The notes under the pieces are model-generated. The model was not told where the DNA came from and searched no databases. It saw nothing but the letters and a program-made list of their open reading frames with translations. A stretch of 64,000 nucleotides of DNA from a virus. Its lineage: Duplodnaviria; Caudoviricetes. The stretch's first letter is position 1; each line of letters starts with the position of its first letter. Location of the stretch: IMG/VR virus record IMGVR_UViG_3300050336_000030; one strand, 5' to 3'. The position numbers and the translations under genes were made by a program. Shown here piece after piece: positions 63,818 to 64,000 of the stretch.

Positions 63818-64000
63818 AAAAATGTAAATATTCAAATAGTAAATGTACGGATTGTAAATTATGTGAACCAGAAATCGAATTAAATGAAGAACAAATGATA
63901 GTTATATTAAACATTATTGAAAGTGAAGAAAATAAAAAAAGAAAGGATAACATAGATGAACCATAAAAGCTTTATTGATAAGAAGAAAGAAACAGAAGAA

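Larger units (their letters stand above)
12010..63979. repeat. About 50 dispersed degenerate 18-bp inverted repeats (ATAAAA-N6-TTTTAT-like) at accessory-gene junctions
   Basis: For example 13424, 19147, 27992, 29000, 29225, 38373, 41543, 42776, 44268, 60608, 63374. Confidence 0.75.
1..64000. mobile_element. Segment of a large SPbeta-like temperate phage/prophage (probably Clostridia host)
   Basis: YonO-like RNAP, YopQ/MrpR-like pair, yorF-yorL-like replisome order and dense small-ORF arrays; no host housekeeping operons. Confidence 0.9.

Noticed and set aside
1-64000. CRISPR array or cas genes
   Set aside because: No identical repeats with regular spacers. The 18-bp sites are degenerate and separate whole genes, and the only RuvC protein is TnpB-sized.

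Overview
AT-rich 64-kb segment of a large SPbeta-like temperate phage or prophage, probably from a Clostridia host (inferred from gene content and promoter style). No virion-structural genes, rRNA, full tRNA or CRISPR array are visible. Left arm (minus strand): a YonO-type single-subunit RNA polymerase running off the window edge and missed by the ORF track, a CoiA-like nuclease, a Rep-like protein, and a ParM/ParR/FtsK/Replic_Relax module with a divergent NERD gene. A ~2.8-kb mostly non-coding divergence region follows, holding a candidate genome end and structured RNAs. The rightward region has about 80 small accessory genes, twister and pistol ribozymes, a peptide deformylase, three tandem ParB/Srx-family genes, a tyrosine recombinase, an orphan TnpB, a MazF-YopQ-MrpR-like lysogeny block, an SPbeta yorF-yorL-like replisome and an RlaP-like NTase/CCA-adding/DHH RNA-repair trio. 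Two genome-wide motifs stand out. One is a ~15-bp operator (ATAGTWATATGAAAC) flanking sigma-A promoters. The other is about 50 degenerate 18-bp inverted repeats (6-6-6) at accessory-gene junctions, not seen in the core replisome, which suggests an integron-like cassette system. Several of these cassettes appear to encode stand-alone fragments of core phage proteins. All family assignments come from motif recognition by eye, not database searches.
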